Positions 19,587 through 29,959 of a stretch of 64,000 bases of DNA are shown in pieces; position 1 is the first letter of the stretch, and each line of letters begins with the position of its first letter. The notes below the pieces were generated by a model. It was not told where the DNA came from. It saw nothing but the letters and a program-made list of their open reading frames with translations, and did no database searches. Origin of the DNA: a virus (Duplodnaviria; Caudoviricetes); IMG/VR virus record IMGVR_UViG_3300020227_000045, positions 1 through 64,000 of that record, one strand, 5' to 3'. A program made the position numbers and the translations under genes.

Positions 19587-20021
19587 TTAAATAAAAGCAT
19601 CTACTAAGTTATCTATAATTTTATCTTTAATGTGAATATTTTTATTTAAACATTTATATTCTACAACATTAGGGTGTGTTAAATTTCTTTTAGAAAATAC
19701 ATCGCCTCTAACGTATCCTTTTTCTTTCATATCTTCTAACCATAAGTTATGAAAATCTTCTGAATTTAATTCTGGACATTCAATTCTCATTCTAATTTGT
19801 GTTCTTATTTGATTTGCAAACTCTGAATCCATACATACATCTTTACATATGTTTTGAGTTTCTAACATATTTAATGTAGCTTGGGTTAAATTATCTAACA
19901 TAATTTCTTCATATTCATCTGTTAATTTACTTACATTATTATATGTATTAGAAACATATTTATTATCTGATTTACTAGAAAGTTCTTCCATATCATCTAC
20001 TATTTTATTAATTACAATCAT
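19587..20021 (-). CDS. RyR-domain-containing protein, 144 aa
   Basis: HNLW..D....GY.RG......LTHPNVVEY..L....HIKD fits the RyR repeat pattern. Confidence 0.6.
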   Translation of the reverse strand: MIVINKIVDDMEELSSKSDNKYVSNTYNNVSKLTDEYEEIMLDNLTQATLNMLETQNICKDVCMDSEFANQIRTQIRMRIECPELNSEDFHNLWLEDMKEKGYVRGDVFSKRNLTHPNVVEYKCLNKNIHIKDKIIDNLVDAFI

Positions 20022-20232
20022 TTTCCTACTCCTTTCGCATTTACGACTTGGTTTAAAATTTTATTATATAATGGTGTTCCTTTATCTAATTTTTCTAATA
20101 TTTCTTTTGCTTCTTCTACTTCTATAATCACTTTTGCTTCCATGTTTTATCAATCCTTTCTTTTAACTTAACTCTATTATAACATCTAATTATTAAAAAC
20201 ACAAGTATAAAATGCAAAAAAAAAGAAGGCTA

Positions 20233-20493
20233 TTAAAAGCCTTCTAATCTCGTAGTATATGTTGTAGTCTCTATTTTATTAATAGGTGTAACATTGTCAT
20301 TCTCTAATAATGATTCATATTTCCTAGAATTCTTAAACTTAATTGTATTAGGTATCGTTAAAGCTTCTTCTAATATTTTTGTAAAAGATACAGGAACATT
20401 ATTATGATTAACTTCCTTAATATACTTCTCTTCTATTTCATCATAAAATACTATTTCATTTTTATTTTGTACGGTTTCTTTATTGTATTCCAT
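20233..20493 (-). CDS. Hypothetical protein, 86 aa
   Basis: Coupled ORF. Confidence 0.6.
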   Translation of the reverse strand: MEYNKETVQNKNEIVFYDEIEEKYIKEVNHNNVPVSFTKILEEALTIPNTIKFKNSRKYESLLENDNVTPINKIETTTYTTRLEGF

Positions 20494-21504
20494 TTAATTC
20501 ACCTCTGTTAATTTCATCACAAATTTCCTATTAGCATTAAATATAGGTAATCCATATTTCTTAATTTTATCTTTTATTGTATTGGGTGAATGACCTTTAC
20601 CATATATTTTATATACCTGGTCTAAACTTTTATTATTCTCAAGCATTTCATAAAACCATAGTTTATAATAGTAATCTGAAAAATAATCAATGTCATGGTC
20701 ATATATTGTTTTTACCAACTTTATATTATAACTTTTATCTTTTTTACTTTTTCTTAAAGGTAAATAGAATTTTTTAAATGCTTTTAAGAGGGAGCCTTTA
20801 GAAATATTTTGCTCTTTACTTATTACTAATGAAGATTTTCCTTTTTTAAAATATTCATTAAACCATAAAGATTCTACAAAATGCTTATCTTTAAGTTTTT
20901 TTGTTGTGTTATTTCTTTTTTTATTAATGTCAGAATAACCTCTAACTAAGTTTTTAGTTATATATTTATAAGTAATATTATTCCTAATGTCATTTAAGGT
21001 TTGTTTATTAAGTTTTTTATAAGAATATTTTTTTATAATTTCTTTATCAGGTAATGTAGATGTATAAATATCAGTTACTTCTTCTTTTGTATATAAAGTT
21101 CCACTTTCGCTAATATCTTCATATCTATAGTCACTATAACCAAAACCATGTCTTGCATTTTCAAAAGCATATACCCATTCTAAATTTGAAGGGTGGTTAT
21201 TATATACATCCCCATCTATATGATTAACAACATCCCTATTATCTTTTCTAATTTTAAAAACATCTGCAACCATCCTATGAATCTTATAATACTTATTTTT
21301 GTAATTATAAGAAACATTTATTATAAGGTAACCAGACATATCTTCTATTATCTTATGAAATTTATTAAACATTTTATTATATATTTTATCCCCTTTTATA
21401 TTTATAAAATATTTTCCAGATTCTATATAAGTTGGATAAAATATTTCGTTTTCATACTCTACTATATTTATTGGTCTTTTTTCTTTTATTACTTTATTAA
21501 CCAT
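20494..21504 (-). CDS. Free-standing HNH endonuclease, 336 aa
   Basis: IHRMVADVF...VNHIDGDVYNNHPSNLEW. Confidence 0.8.
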   Translation of the reverse strand: MVNKVIKEKRPINIVEYENEIFYPTYIESGKYFINIKGDKIYNKMFNKFHKIIEDMSGYLIINVSYNYKNKYYKIHRMVADVFKIRKDNRDVVNHIDGDVYNNHPSNLEWVYAFENARHGFGYSDYRYEDISESGTLYTKEEVTDIYTSTLPDKEIIKKYSYKKLNKQTLNDIRNNITYKYITKNLVRGYSDINKKRNNTTKKLKDKHFVESLWFNEYFKKGKSSLVISKEQNISKGSLLKAFKKFYLPLRKSKKDKSYNIKLVKTIYDHDIDYFSDYYYKLWFYEMLENNKSLDQVYKIYGKGHSPNTIKDKIKKYGLPIFNANRKFVMKLTEVN

Positions 21505-21560
21505 AAAATTCCTCCTTTATATAAATAATATCATAAAGGAGGTAATATGTCAAACATTTT

Positions 21561-22298
21561 TTACCAGCTAAGAGAATCACTTACAGTAGCTATACGACCT
21601 CTAAAGTTAACAGTAAATTCATGGTGTACTGCAAAATCTTGTTTTTTAAACAATTCTATATAAGGCTCAAAACCACTTTTTTCTCTTCTAATATCTGATT
21701 GTTCTGGTTGTCCTTCAATAACAACTTTACAATTATCATGAATTCTAGTTAAAGTTTTTTTAAGTTCTCCTCTTGTAAAGTTCTGTGCTTCTGAAATTAT
21801 AACAGTTTTATTCATAATATTTTTACCTCTTAAGAAAGTATGAACTGCTTGTGTAACAAAAGCTTCACTTAATTTTTGTTTATCTACATTAGGGTCTAGC
21901 TCTATCAATGTTTTAACTGAATTTGTTGGACTAATCTCTAATTCTAATAAAGCATCATGTAAAGGTGAGAAATAATCTAATGCTTTTTCATCAGCATTAC
22001 CACCTCTGTACCCTAATGAACGTTCTTCAACAGGACTCATAATAAAAATTATTTCTTTACCTTTATTTAAATATTCTGCATAAGCACAAACAATACTTGT
22101 ATATGTCTTTGCACTACCACTTCTAGATGAATTTGTCAATAGTAAAATACCATCATTAAAAAAGTCCTCTGCAAATTGTAATTGCTCATCTGTAGCTTTT
22201 AATAAAAACTCATTAAAAACTGTATGTTTCATGAGATTGTATCTCACATTTGGGTAATTATTTAATTTGTACTCTAAGTCTTTGAATTTTCCTGCCAT
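21561..22298 (-). CDS. phoH: PhoH-family protein
   Basis: SGSAKT P-loop variant, TFLRG, ISEAQN, LTRI motifs. Confidence 0.9.
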   Translation of the reverse strand: MAGKFKDLEYKLNNYPNVRYNLMKHTVFNEFLLKATDEQLQFAEDFFNDGILLLTNSSRSGSAKTYTSIVCAYAEYLNKGKEIIFIMSPVEERSLGYRGGNADEKALDYFSPLHDALLELEISPTNSVKTLIELDPNVDKQKLSEAFVTQAVHTFLRGKNIMNKTVIISEAQNFTRGELKKTLTRIHDNCKVVIEGQPEQSDIRREKSGFEPYIELFKKQDFAVHHEFTVNFRGRIATVSDSLSW

Positions 22299-22471
22299 AT
22301 TTACAAGTATCCCCTTACTTTATATTTTGTTCTACAAATGATAATAAATCTTCTAAAGAATCAATAAGTTCTTGGGTCTTTTCATCTTCACTATCTATTT
22401 GTAGGTCGTGTATTTCACCTTTAATATAATCTAAAGCTATATCTAAATTCTCATATTTCAAATTACCACTC

Positions 22472-22927
22472 CTAGTTGATTGAAATTGTTGCTAGGTCAT
22501 CTGCCCTTTCGTTATAGAAATCACCGCTGTGTCCACGAACTTTATTAAAGTTTATATCGATATGTTGTTCTAAATGTCTCATTGTACTTATATAAGCTTG
22601 ACTTAATTCATTCTTAGCTCTCCAAGCACCACTACGCCATTTAATTAATCCGATATAATCTACATAAACTTCTACAGACTCATAACCTAGTTCTACACAT
22701 TTTTCAATACCATAAAGGCAAGCAAATATTTCACCTGCAACATTATTATACTTAACGAATTGTGGGTATTTCCCTTTAATACTTGCACTGTATACTTCTG
22801 CATCATTTTCTACAATTACATATCCAGAACCATAGAGACCTCTTTTATATGAACTTGCTCCATCTGTATATAGTTTAGGCATATAAGAAGTCCTCTCTAT
22901 TAATAATATAAGGAAAATCACTATCAT
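22472..22927 (-). CDS. Ribonuclease HI (start probably MPKLYTDG at about 22882)
   Basis: YTDGAS, NNVAGE, VDY, KVRGHSG..NERADDLA. Confidence 0.9.
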   Translation of the reverse strand: MIVIFLILLIERTSYMPKLYTDGASSYKRGLYGSGYVIVENDAEVYSASIKGKYPQFVKYNNVAGEIFACLYGIEKCVELGYESVEVYVDYIGLIKWRSGAWRAKNELSQAYISTMRHLEQHIDINFNKVRGHSGDFYNERADDLATISIN

Positions 22928-23069
22928 TATTTTGGTAATTTAAAAAATAAACTTTTATATCATTATAATCAAAGAAAGCAAAACAATGTTTCTTAATTTC
23001 ATCTTCATTCTTAGCAACTGCAAACATTTCTCTACCATCAACAATAACTCTATATAAACATTTTAACAT
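22875..23069 (-). CDS. Hypothetical protein, 64 aa
   Basis: ORF with GGAGG RBS. Confidence 0.65.
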   Translation of the reverse strand: MLKCLYRVIVDGREMFAVAKNEDEIKKHCFAFFDYNDIKVYFLNYQNNDSDFPYIINREDFLYA

Positions 23070-23081
23070 ATTGTAATCCTC

Positions 23082-23687
23082 CTAGAAATTAATAAGTTTT
23101 AAAATCTCTAACATTTCTTCATCGTTAGGTTCTTCTTCTTTGTTGAAATTAATGTCTAAGTAATAACCATTCTCAACATTATCATCAATCACTTTTAAGT
23201 TATCTAACATCTTACTTAAGTTATTTTTATTTTCTCTTAAATACTTAACAACTTCAGTACTGTATGCAGAACTCTCTTCACTTAAGTCACTACCTAAGAC
23301 TATATATTCAATAATAGAACTCATAACGACAGTCTCACCTGTGTTTTTAAGGTTATATCGAATGTCTTCAATCGCTTGCCCAATACTATCACTCAATACT
23401 GAAGAATAGAAGTCTGTCTTCTCGTCTATAGGTGAGTGTTTACGGTATACTGTACCTTCTTCATACTCTACAAAATTACTTTTATTAGCATTTAGTAATT
23501 TATCTAACGAACCATAAACATGTAGTCTTTCTTCAATTGTTAAATGGTCTTCAATTGTTTCATAAAGCTTCATAAAGTTTTCTGTACCTAAAACTCTTTC
23601 AACTTCATTAAGCTCCATGAGTTCATAAGTATCTACTTTATCTCTAGCTTCATTTAAATATCCTTCTAATATTTCTGAGTTAGTCAT
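23082..23687 (-). CDS. Hypothetical protein, 201 aa
   Basis: ORF. Confidence 0.7.
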   Translation of the reverse strand: MTNSEILEGYLNEARDKVDTYELMELNEVERVLGTENFMKLYETIEDHLTIEERLHVYGSLDKLLNANKSNFVEYEEGTVYRKHSPIDEKTDFYSSVLSDSIGQAIEDIRYNLKNTGETVVMSSIIEYIVLGSDLSEESSAYSTEVVKYLRENKNNLSKMLDNLKVIDDNVENGYYLDINFNKEEEPNDEEMLEILKLINF

Positions 23688-23886
23688 CCTTTATATCCTC
23701 CTTTAGTAATTCTTGTAAAGGCATACCTAGAAGCTTTTCTAATTTAGTTGCATTTGCATTTCTAGGTTTACGTTTACCGTTCTCCCATAAAGAAATAGAA
23801 GAATAATTCACACCTATTTCATCTGCTAAAGAACGAACAGAATAACCTTTTTTCTCTCTTACCCTTTTCATTACTTTCCTAGCCAT
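23680..23886 (-). CDS. XRE-family HTH transcriptional regulator
   Basis: SVRSLADEIGVNYSSISLWENGKRKP. Confidence 0.9.
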   Translation of the reverse strand: MARKVMKRVREKKGYSVRSLADEIGVNYSSISLWENGKRKPRNANATKLEKLLGMPLQELLKEDIKDD

Positions 23887-23902
23887 AATATCCTTTTCCT
23901 TT

Positions 23903-24106
23903 CTAGTCTTCCTCTACACCTAAAAATTTATAATCATTTTTGTTAGTAGAGAACCTGTTTATATATTCTTTAGCTTCTTTAGTTGCTTTTGCAGGTGTTG
24001 TAGCATCTATTCTTAGATAGAGTTTTTGTGTGTTTCTATACAAAAAACAAATTTGATATGTTTTAATTTTATAATTAAAAACATTATCTTTTAACCATTT
24101 TATCAT
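23903..24106 (-). CDS. Hypothetical protein, 67 aa
   Basis: ORF. Confidence 0.6.
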   Translation of the reverse strand: MIKWLKDNVFNYKIKTYQICFLYRNTQKLYLRIDATTPAKATKEAKEYINRFSTNKNDYKFLGVEED

Positions 24107-24107
24107 A

Positions 24108-24356
24108 TTACCATCCTCTTCTATATTTTGTCAATACATTTTTTAAATAATCATTAGATTTTGTCATATCTGAAATCAGTTGTTGTTTTTGAATTGTAGA
24201 TAACTTAATACTATTTTTAACCAATACATCGAATTCATGTAAATTTTCTTCTACATTTTTAAGTAAATGTGGATTAGACTTTACAATCTTATTTTCTCTA
24301 GCTGTTTTATAATTATTATTCAAATCTTCGTATAAACCTTCTACATCGTAATTCAT
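24108..24356 (-). CDS. Hypothetical protein, 82 aa
   Basis: ORF with AGGAG RBS and TTGACA promoter. Confidence 0.7.
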   Translation of the reverse strand: MNYDVEGLYEDLNNNYKTARENKIVKSNPHLLKNVEENLHEFDVLVKNSIKLSTIQKQQLISDMTKSNDYLKNVLTKYRRGW

Positions 24357-24455
24357 TTTAATCTCTCCTTTTATTTTATATACTTAGTATATCATAAAGG
24401 TTTTTTATTGTCAACAAGTATTTAAATAATTAACCCCTATTTTAAGGGGCTAATT

Positions 24456-26099
24456 TTATTCTTCATCCATTGTTTGTTTTTGGTATCCTGCTTTATCATC
24501 TTTAGGTTGTCCATCTTTACCCATTTCATCAGCTTTACCATTAACATCTTCATCAGTACCATCAAGAGGTTGTTTACTTGGGTCTAGTTTATTTGGTGCA
24601 TCATTACCTAGTAATCCTTCTTTTTCCGCTTCAAAACGTTCTCTGTTCATATCTTGTCCGATACCTTGGATATATTCAGCTTTAAGAATAATGTCTCCAC
24701 CTTCTATAGGCTCATGACCTCTTTCTTTACGTGCTTCATTAACCGTTTTGAATGTAGATACTTCTTTAGTTAATATATCTAGTTTTTCTTCTTCAGACTT
24801 CGTATCTCCACCAACAAATTGGAAAAGATATTGTTCTCCAAATTCTTCAACTAAATGTTTATTAATTAAATCTTCTATAAATCTAAGTAAAGGTTGTAAA
24901 CCTTTATTTTGAGATTGTTGGAGTTTTTTCTGAGGGTCTGATTCATTTAAGGTGTTTCCTCCCTTAGAACCTGTAGCTCCTCCTTTGTTAGGGAAGCCAA
25001 TTTCAGCAGGGTCAATACCATATAAACTAGCTATAATATTGATAAGGAAATTTAACCATTTCTCAAATTGCATATCATTTGCAGTTGGTGTCATATTAAC
25101 AAAGTTAATATCTTCAGCACTTACTACAGGGATTTGCCAACTTCCATTTATACCACTTAAACTATTTTTCCATTCACGCTTAAAGTTTTGAAGTGCCCTT
25201 TGGGATTGTTGTTGTCCTGTTTTAATCTGTAAGACACCTCTTGTAGTTCCTCCATGCGAGAAGAATCTATCATTAAAAGATTCAGTATTTATAAAGGCAA
25301 TTAATTCTCTCATAGCTATTTCTACTTCAGACAATCCATAACCACTTGAACCTATATCTGTTCTTGGGTTTCTAATGCCCATTGCCATTTCTCTAGAAGT
25401 AAAAGCAGCACGAACTTGCTTATCTATAACTTGAACGTAACGTTGTCCACCTTTAATAATCTCACCTTTAGCATTTGTACCATAGAATATTGTACTAGGG
25501 TCAACTGCTATAAATTTCTCTAGTTTATTTGTCTTCTTATTAAATATTTTCTCAAAGTTAACTTGGTCAAATATATAAGTATCTCTAACAATTTTTCTAC
25601 AGAAGTTTTGGAATGAATCTCTATCAATATCTCTATCTTTACCTGTATTAAGTAAAAATTCTTCTATACGTTTAATTTCTTCTTTTTGTTGTCTTCCTGG
25701 TTCTTTATTAAAATCTCTCATTCTTACTTGGAATCCTAAACCTTTTTCTGAGTATCTAGCAGGTTGACAATACATAGATACTTGGTTTTGTCTCGTAAGT
25801 ATTACTGAGTTTAAGATTGGGTTACTCCCAAACTTTTTAAGTACATCATGCAAGTTATGTTCACCTTTAGTATAACTACTCTTATCCCTATATTCGGGGT
25901 TTGTATCAAAAGCAGTTAAAAAAGGCTCTGCATAAGCTTTTTGATTTCCATTTAAAGACTTATTAATATTATTGTCTTTAGCATTTTTCTCTATCTCTCT
26001 TATGTTTAAAGCTAGGTTTTCTTCAGGTAATTCTATATCGTAATTCTCAGTACCGTCTTTTAATCCACCTAACCTCAAAGACTTCCAAAAGTCTGCCAA
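24456..26099 (-). CDS. Portal protein
   Basis: Recognisable phage K-type portal sequence (PRTD..SSGYGLSEVE, NDRFFSHGGTTRG, DMQFEKWLN). Confidence 0.92.
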   Translation of the reverse strand: MADFWKSLRLGGLKDGTENYDIELPEENLALNIREIEKNAKDNNINKSLNGNQKAYAEPFLTAFDTNPEYRDKSSYTKGEHNLHDVLKKFGSNPILNSVILTRQNQVSMYCQPARYSEKGLGFQVRMRDFNKEPGRQQKEEIKRIEEFLLNTGKDRDIDRDSFQNFCRKIVRDTYIFDQVNFEKIFNKKTNKLEKFIAVDPSTIFYGTNAKGEIIKGGQRYVQVIDKQVRAAFTSREMAMGIRNPRTDIGSSGYGLSEVEIAMRELIAFINTESFNDRFFSHGGTTRGVLQIKTGQQQSQRALQNFKREWKNSLSGINGSWQIPVVSAEDINFVNMTPTANDMQFEKWLNFLINIIASLYGIDPAEIGFPNKGGATGSKGGNTLNESDPQKKLQQSQNKGLQPLLRFIEDLINKHLVEEFGEQYLFQFVGGDTKSEEEKLDILTKEVSTFKTVNEARKERGHEPIEGGDIILKAEYIQGIGQDMNRERFEAEKEGLLGNDAPNKLDPSKQPLDGTDEDVNGKADEMGKDGQPKDDKAGYQKQTMDEE

Positions 26100-26465
26100 T
26101 TATTCTTCACTCCTAACAATCGTTATTGAAGTAGAATTATTAAATGTTCTATTCTTAATATCTTCACTAACATTTACCTTAACTTCAAATGGTTCTTCGA
26201 TATAATAAAACATCTTTCGACTACTATAAACAATATCATAATCCTCAAGTTTAATATGATTATCTTTATCTACAAGAATAACTTTATCGTCTGTTGTAGC
26301 CTCTAATATCATATATTTAACTTTATCTATAGCAATAAATACCGTAACGTGTTTACCACCAATTTGTCTATAGTAATCGACAACTTCTATCCAATTATTT
26401 TTCATTCCTTGTTCTTCAATAAATTTTTTAGCTTCTACCCACTTCTTATCTTGTCCATATGTCAA
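26100..26465 (-). CDS. Conserved hypothetical protein upstream of portal
   Basis: ORF, coupled to portal. Confidence 0.7.
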   Translation of the reverse strand: MTYGQDKKWVEAKKFIEEQGMKNNWIEVVDYYRQIGGKHVTVFIAIDKVKYMILEATTDDKVILVDKDNHIKLEDYDIVYSSRKMFYYIEEPFEVKVNVSEDIKNRTFNNSTSITIVRSEE

Positions 26466-26485
26466 TTTGTAATCACCATTATCTT

Positions 26486-26851
26486 TTAATCTTTTTTATA
26501 CCATATACTTTCATAGTTTTTTCGTTTTACATAGTTAGTAATTTCTACAATAACATATCCTACTACTACACCTATAGTTGACACAGACATAACAATCCAA
26601 ATATCAATGAAATAACTATAACGTGTTGTATTTGCTACTGTATCGAGAATATCATATCTAATTAATGATGCAGTTTCCCTAAACATTATTGTTAAGTATA
26701 CTGTTGATACTACTATTATAACATAAAATATTGAGTTGAACAATATTGTTTGTTTAGGTCTAAGTTGAACAATAATTATACCTAAGATAAGTAAAGAAGA
26801 AATAAAAGCTAAAATTGATGTTACTAAAATACCTGTATCCATTTTATACAC
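26486..26851 (-). CDS. Membrane protein, 121 aa
   Basis: Three hydrophobic segments. Confidence 0.75.
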   Translation of the reverse strand: MYKMDTGILVTSILAFISSLLILGIIIVQLRPKQTILFNSIFYVIIVVSTVYLTIMFRETASLIRYDILDTVANTTRYSYFIDIWIVMSVSTIGVVVGYVIVEITNYVKRKNYESIWYKKD

Positions 26852-26911
26852 CTACTTTTTTAATCTCTATAGTCTAATATATCAACGTTTACAAATTAAA
26901 GAAGAAGAGGT

Positions 26912-28162
26912 TTATTCCTCTTCTTCTATAGGTTTTTCTTGAGATTGTTCTGTTGATTCTTCTTGAGGTTCTTCTTGAGGTTCTTCTTTAGGTTTTTCTG
27001 TAGTTTCTTCTTGAGGTTCTTCTTGAACTTCTTCTTGAGGTTCTTCTTGAACTTCTTCTGTAGGTTTTTCTGTAGTTTCTTCTTGAACTTCTTCTGTAGG
27101 TTCCTCATCAGTTGTTTTATCTTCATTAGGGATTGCAGGTTCTAAAGGTACCATAGGAATAACTTCATTAGGGATTGCAGGTTCTAAAGGTACCATAGGT
27201 TGTTCTTGTACTTTATTAGAAGATTCTAAAGTTACATCAGGTTTTCTATATGGTACATTATTGTCATCTTCAATAGGTTGTTGAGGTTCTATAGGAACAA
27301 AAGACTCTGGAACTGTTTGGTTATCCGTAGTACCTTGAGGTACTGTAGGTTCTTCTATAGGGTCTTGAGGTTCTATTGGTGTGTTAGGAGTAATTGGTTG
27401 TTCTACAGGTTTTTCAGATAAATTAGGTTGTTGTACTTGAGAAACTTCAGGTGTTATAGGTTGTTGTTGTTCTTCAGGTTGTGCTTGAGGAACTTGTGGT
27501 TGTTCTACAGATTTAACAGGAGGTACTTCTCCTTGAGTATTAACCTGAGGTGGAACAATTGGTTCATTTTGTACTTGATTTCCTACAGGGTTACTTTGCG
27601 TTGGTTCTGTAGGAGTTGTAGACGTATTATTAACACTTTCTACAATATCCTGTTCAGAACTATTTAAATCTTTACTATCTCCTTGTATCCCTTCTATAAC
27701 TTTTTCCTTATCTATCTTATCTAACATACCTTTAGGAACTTCTACTTTCCCTATTCCGTCATCCCCTTGCACAATTCTAGGTTTATCAATCTTACTATTT
27801 TCTTTAATATCTTTACTAATTAGAACTAAGTTATCATACTTAGAAGAACCTTCATTATACTTATCTAATTGCTTATCTTGTTCTTTTTTACTTAGTTTGT
27901 TAAAACCTTTATAGTTTGTTTCCTTCTTAACCTTTTTAATTTCTTCTTTTGCTTGACTTAGTTTCTTAGCATAGTTCTCAGAAGTTTTATCATCTTTTTT
28001 ATCATCTTTTTTGTAAATTTCTATCGTTCTTTCTTTTTCTTGTATCTCTTCTTGATACTCTTTAACTTGATGATAGAAGATAATGAAACCAATCATAATT
28101 AAGATGATAAAGAATATAAATATATTTAAGATTAAGCTTTTACCGCTATCTTTCTTTTTCAT
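26912..28162 (-). CDS. Membrane-anchored coiled-coil protein with P/Q/E-rich repetitive tail
   Basis: N-terminal TM; PMVPLEPAIPNE x2 and EEVQEEPQEE repeats. Confidence 0.8.
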   Translation of the reverse strand: MKKKDSGKSLILNIFIFFIILIMIGFIIFYHQVKEYQEEIQEKERTIEIYKKDDKKDDKTSENYAKKLSQAKEEIKKVKKETNYKGFNKLSKKEQDKQLDKYNEGSSKYDNLVLISKDIKENSKIDKPRIVQGDDGIGKVEVPKGMLDKIDKEKVIEGIQGDSKDLNSSEQDIVESVNNTSTTPTEPTQSNPVGNQVQNEPIVPPQVNTQGEVPPVKSVEQPQVPQAQPEEQQQPITPEVSQVQQPNLSEKPVEQPITPNTPIEPQDPIEEPTVPQGTTDNQTVPESFVPIEPQQPIEDDNNVPYRKPDVTLESSNKVQEQPMVPLEPAIPNEVIPMVPLEPAIPNEDKTTDEEPTEEVQEETTEKPTEEVQEEPQEEVQEEPQEETTEKPKEEPQEEPQEESTEQSQEKPIEEEE

Positions 28163-28177
28163 TGGGAAATCCTTTCT

Positions 28178-28528
28178 TTATTTAGTATTCCCCATAATAT
28201 CTTTAAACTCCTTAAAATCAAAACTTTTACTCACTTTAAATATAACATTTATAATCGTTATATTCCCTTTTGAAGTTTTTTCTGTTGTATTCTCTAGAGT
28301 TACACTTATACCTGTTTCTTCTTTTCTATTAATTGAACCTGCTAATTTAATAAAACTTTTAGCTTCTTCTCTTGAATTTTCATCTTCCACAATATCTACA
28401 AGAGGGTCTGAGTCATCAATTAACATATTAGGGATAGGGATAGCGATTTCGTTAAATTCATAGTGTGTATCTTCAAAGTTAATCTTCTCAAGTTTCTTTT
28501 TCAATGAATCATAAAAACGATTATCCAT
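28178..28528 (-). CDS. Hypothetical protein, 116 aa
   Basis: ORF with GGAGAG RBS. Confidence 0.7.
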   Translation of the reverse strand: MDNRFYDSLKKKLEKINFEDTHYEFNEIAIPIPNMLIDDSDPLVDIVEDENSREEAKSFIKLAGSINRKEETGISVTLENTTEKTSKGNITIINVIFKVSKSFDFKEFKDIMGNTK

Positions 28529-29093
28529 TTTCTCTCTCCTCTAATTTTTGTTTGATTTTTTCTTCTGCCTCTTTTTCTTTTTGTTCTTTTTCATCAAATA
28601 ATGTTTTATCCATAAATGAAATTGTAAAGTTATATTCATTGCCAGATAAAATATTACCTACCGCTGTATCTGTAATTTTAATATTTGAACCTAAAGGTAA
28701 TACATTCCCTTTTTCAACTTCTTCTCGGAACTTAACGTTAATCTCATAAATATTTAAGTTATTATCAAAAGCTAACTTAAACATTTTATTGTGTTCTTTT
28801 GTAGTTAGAGGGTCATTTTGATGACTTTGGAAAAGTAATTGATGACTATAGTATTTTTGCTCTTCTGATTGAGGTGCTTGCCATAATACTTTATATTCAG
28901 AATAAAGATTATACGCTATCTTAGATAAGTTTGTAACAAACTCTTCTACAGCCTTTTCCTTGTTATCCGAACCCTTAATTAATTCTTCTAATGTGTTATC
29001 ATTTAAAACTTTCTCCATAATAATAAATCTCCTTAAAATGTGTTTAATTGTGCATAGTTCTTTTATAACCAATAAATATTTGTAAACTTCCAT
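28521..29093 (-). CDS. Conserved hypothetical protein (true start probably MEKVL at about 29021)
   Basis: AAGGAG RBS precedes the internal ATG. Confidence 0.7.
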   Translation of the reverse strand: MEVYKYLLVIKELCTIKHILRRFIIMEKVLNDNTLEELIKGSDNKEKAVEEFVTNLSKIAYNLYSEYKVLWQAPQSEEQKYYSHQLLFQSHQNDPLTTKEHNKMFKLAFDNNLNIYEINVKFREEVEKGNVLPLGSNIKITDTAVGNILSGNEYNFTISFMDKTLFDEKEQKEKEAEEKIKQKLEERENG

Positions 29094-29520
29094 AATAATT
29101 TAACTTTATTAACGTTTATTGCCTTACAGTGTTTTGTGGGTGATTTAAAATTAATAGCATTTCTTTTAGGTCTAAGACCTGTAACATACCCTCTGTGTGT
29201 TTCTCTATTACGATATGTGTATTCCACTATATCTCTATGTTTAATACCGTTAACATTATCATAAATAGCTTTACTTTTTCTTCTTATTGGTTTGACTATA
29301 TATTCTTCTATATTTAAATCCTTACTAGGAATTAAATTTGTTACAACTACTGCATCGTTAGAATGTGATTTATCTACATCCCAATCTATACGTTTATTTG
29401 CTGTATCTCCACCTGTTGTCAATCTTAAATATGCTATTTTAGATAACTCTTGTTGTAAATAACTCTTACCTATCATAACATGAGAAGCATGGTTTAAAAA
29501 ATTAAAGTTTTTCTTACCTA
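29063..29520 (-). pseudogene. iscB: Truncated IscB (C-terminal RuvC-II/III part only)
   Basis: HASHVMIGKSYL..EL...TTGGDTANKRIDW...KSHSNDA, RRKS..., IKHRDIV; PLMP, RuvC-I and HNH regions are absent. Confidence 0.7.
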
Positions 29521-29735
29521 TAATAGAGTATAAAGTATCAATATATTGTTCTTCTACACAGGTTATCTTACCTTATCCTAAGACTTAGGTAAGTTTCTTT
29601 GTTCACACTCTTAGAGCTTCCGACTAAAGCTTGCATCTGAAGGTAAGTCTTTACCATTTTCCTCTAACGTAGTTCATATCTAGGATACGTTGTTTCCAAC
29701 TCCCTAGTCACTAAGGCTTGAAACCAACTGGATAA
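29520..29735 (-). ncRNA. IscB omegaRNA (HEARO-like) scaffold
   Basis: AACTACGTT at 29674-29666, GTTTC..GAAAC and CTTACC..GGTAAG stems, directly 5' of the IscB fragment. Confidence 0.65.
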
Positions 29736-29929
29736 GTATAAATGTCTACTTATTTAGTAAGTCCTTATTTTAGTTTTCTTTGTATATCTTTTAGTTTATA
29801 TTCTATTTTCCCTTTTCTTTTAAGTTGTAATAGGTTTTTAAATAATGTAACTAAAAAGATTAGTACAAAACCTATTATACACCCAAATAATATCAATGTC
29901 AACCGCCACCTAAATTTTTCCTTTATAAA

Positions 29930-29957
29930 AACCGTAAGCTTTAAACTTACGGTTTAG
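29930..29957 (-). terminator. Hairpin after the terminase stop
   Basis: AAACCGTAAG..CTTACGGTTT inverted repeat. Confidence 0.7.
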
Positions 29958-29959
29958 TT

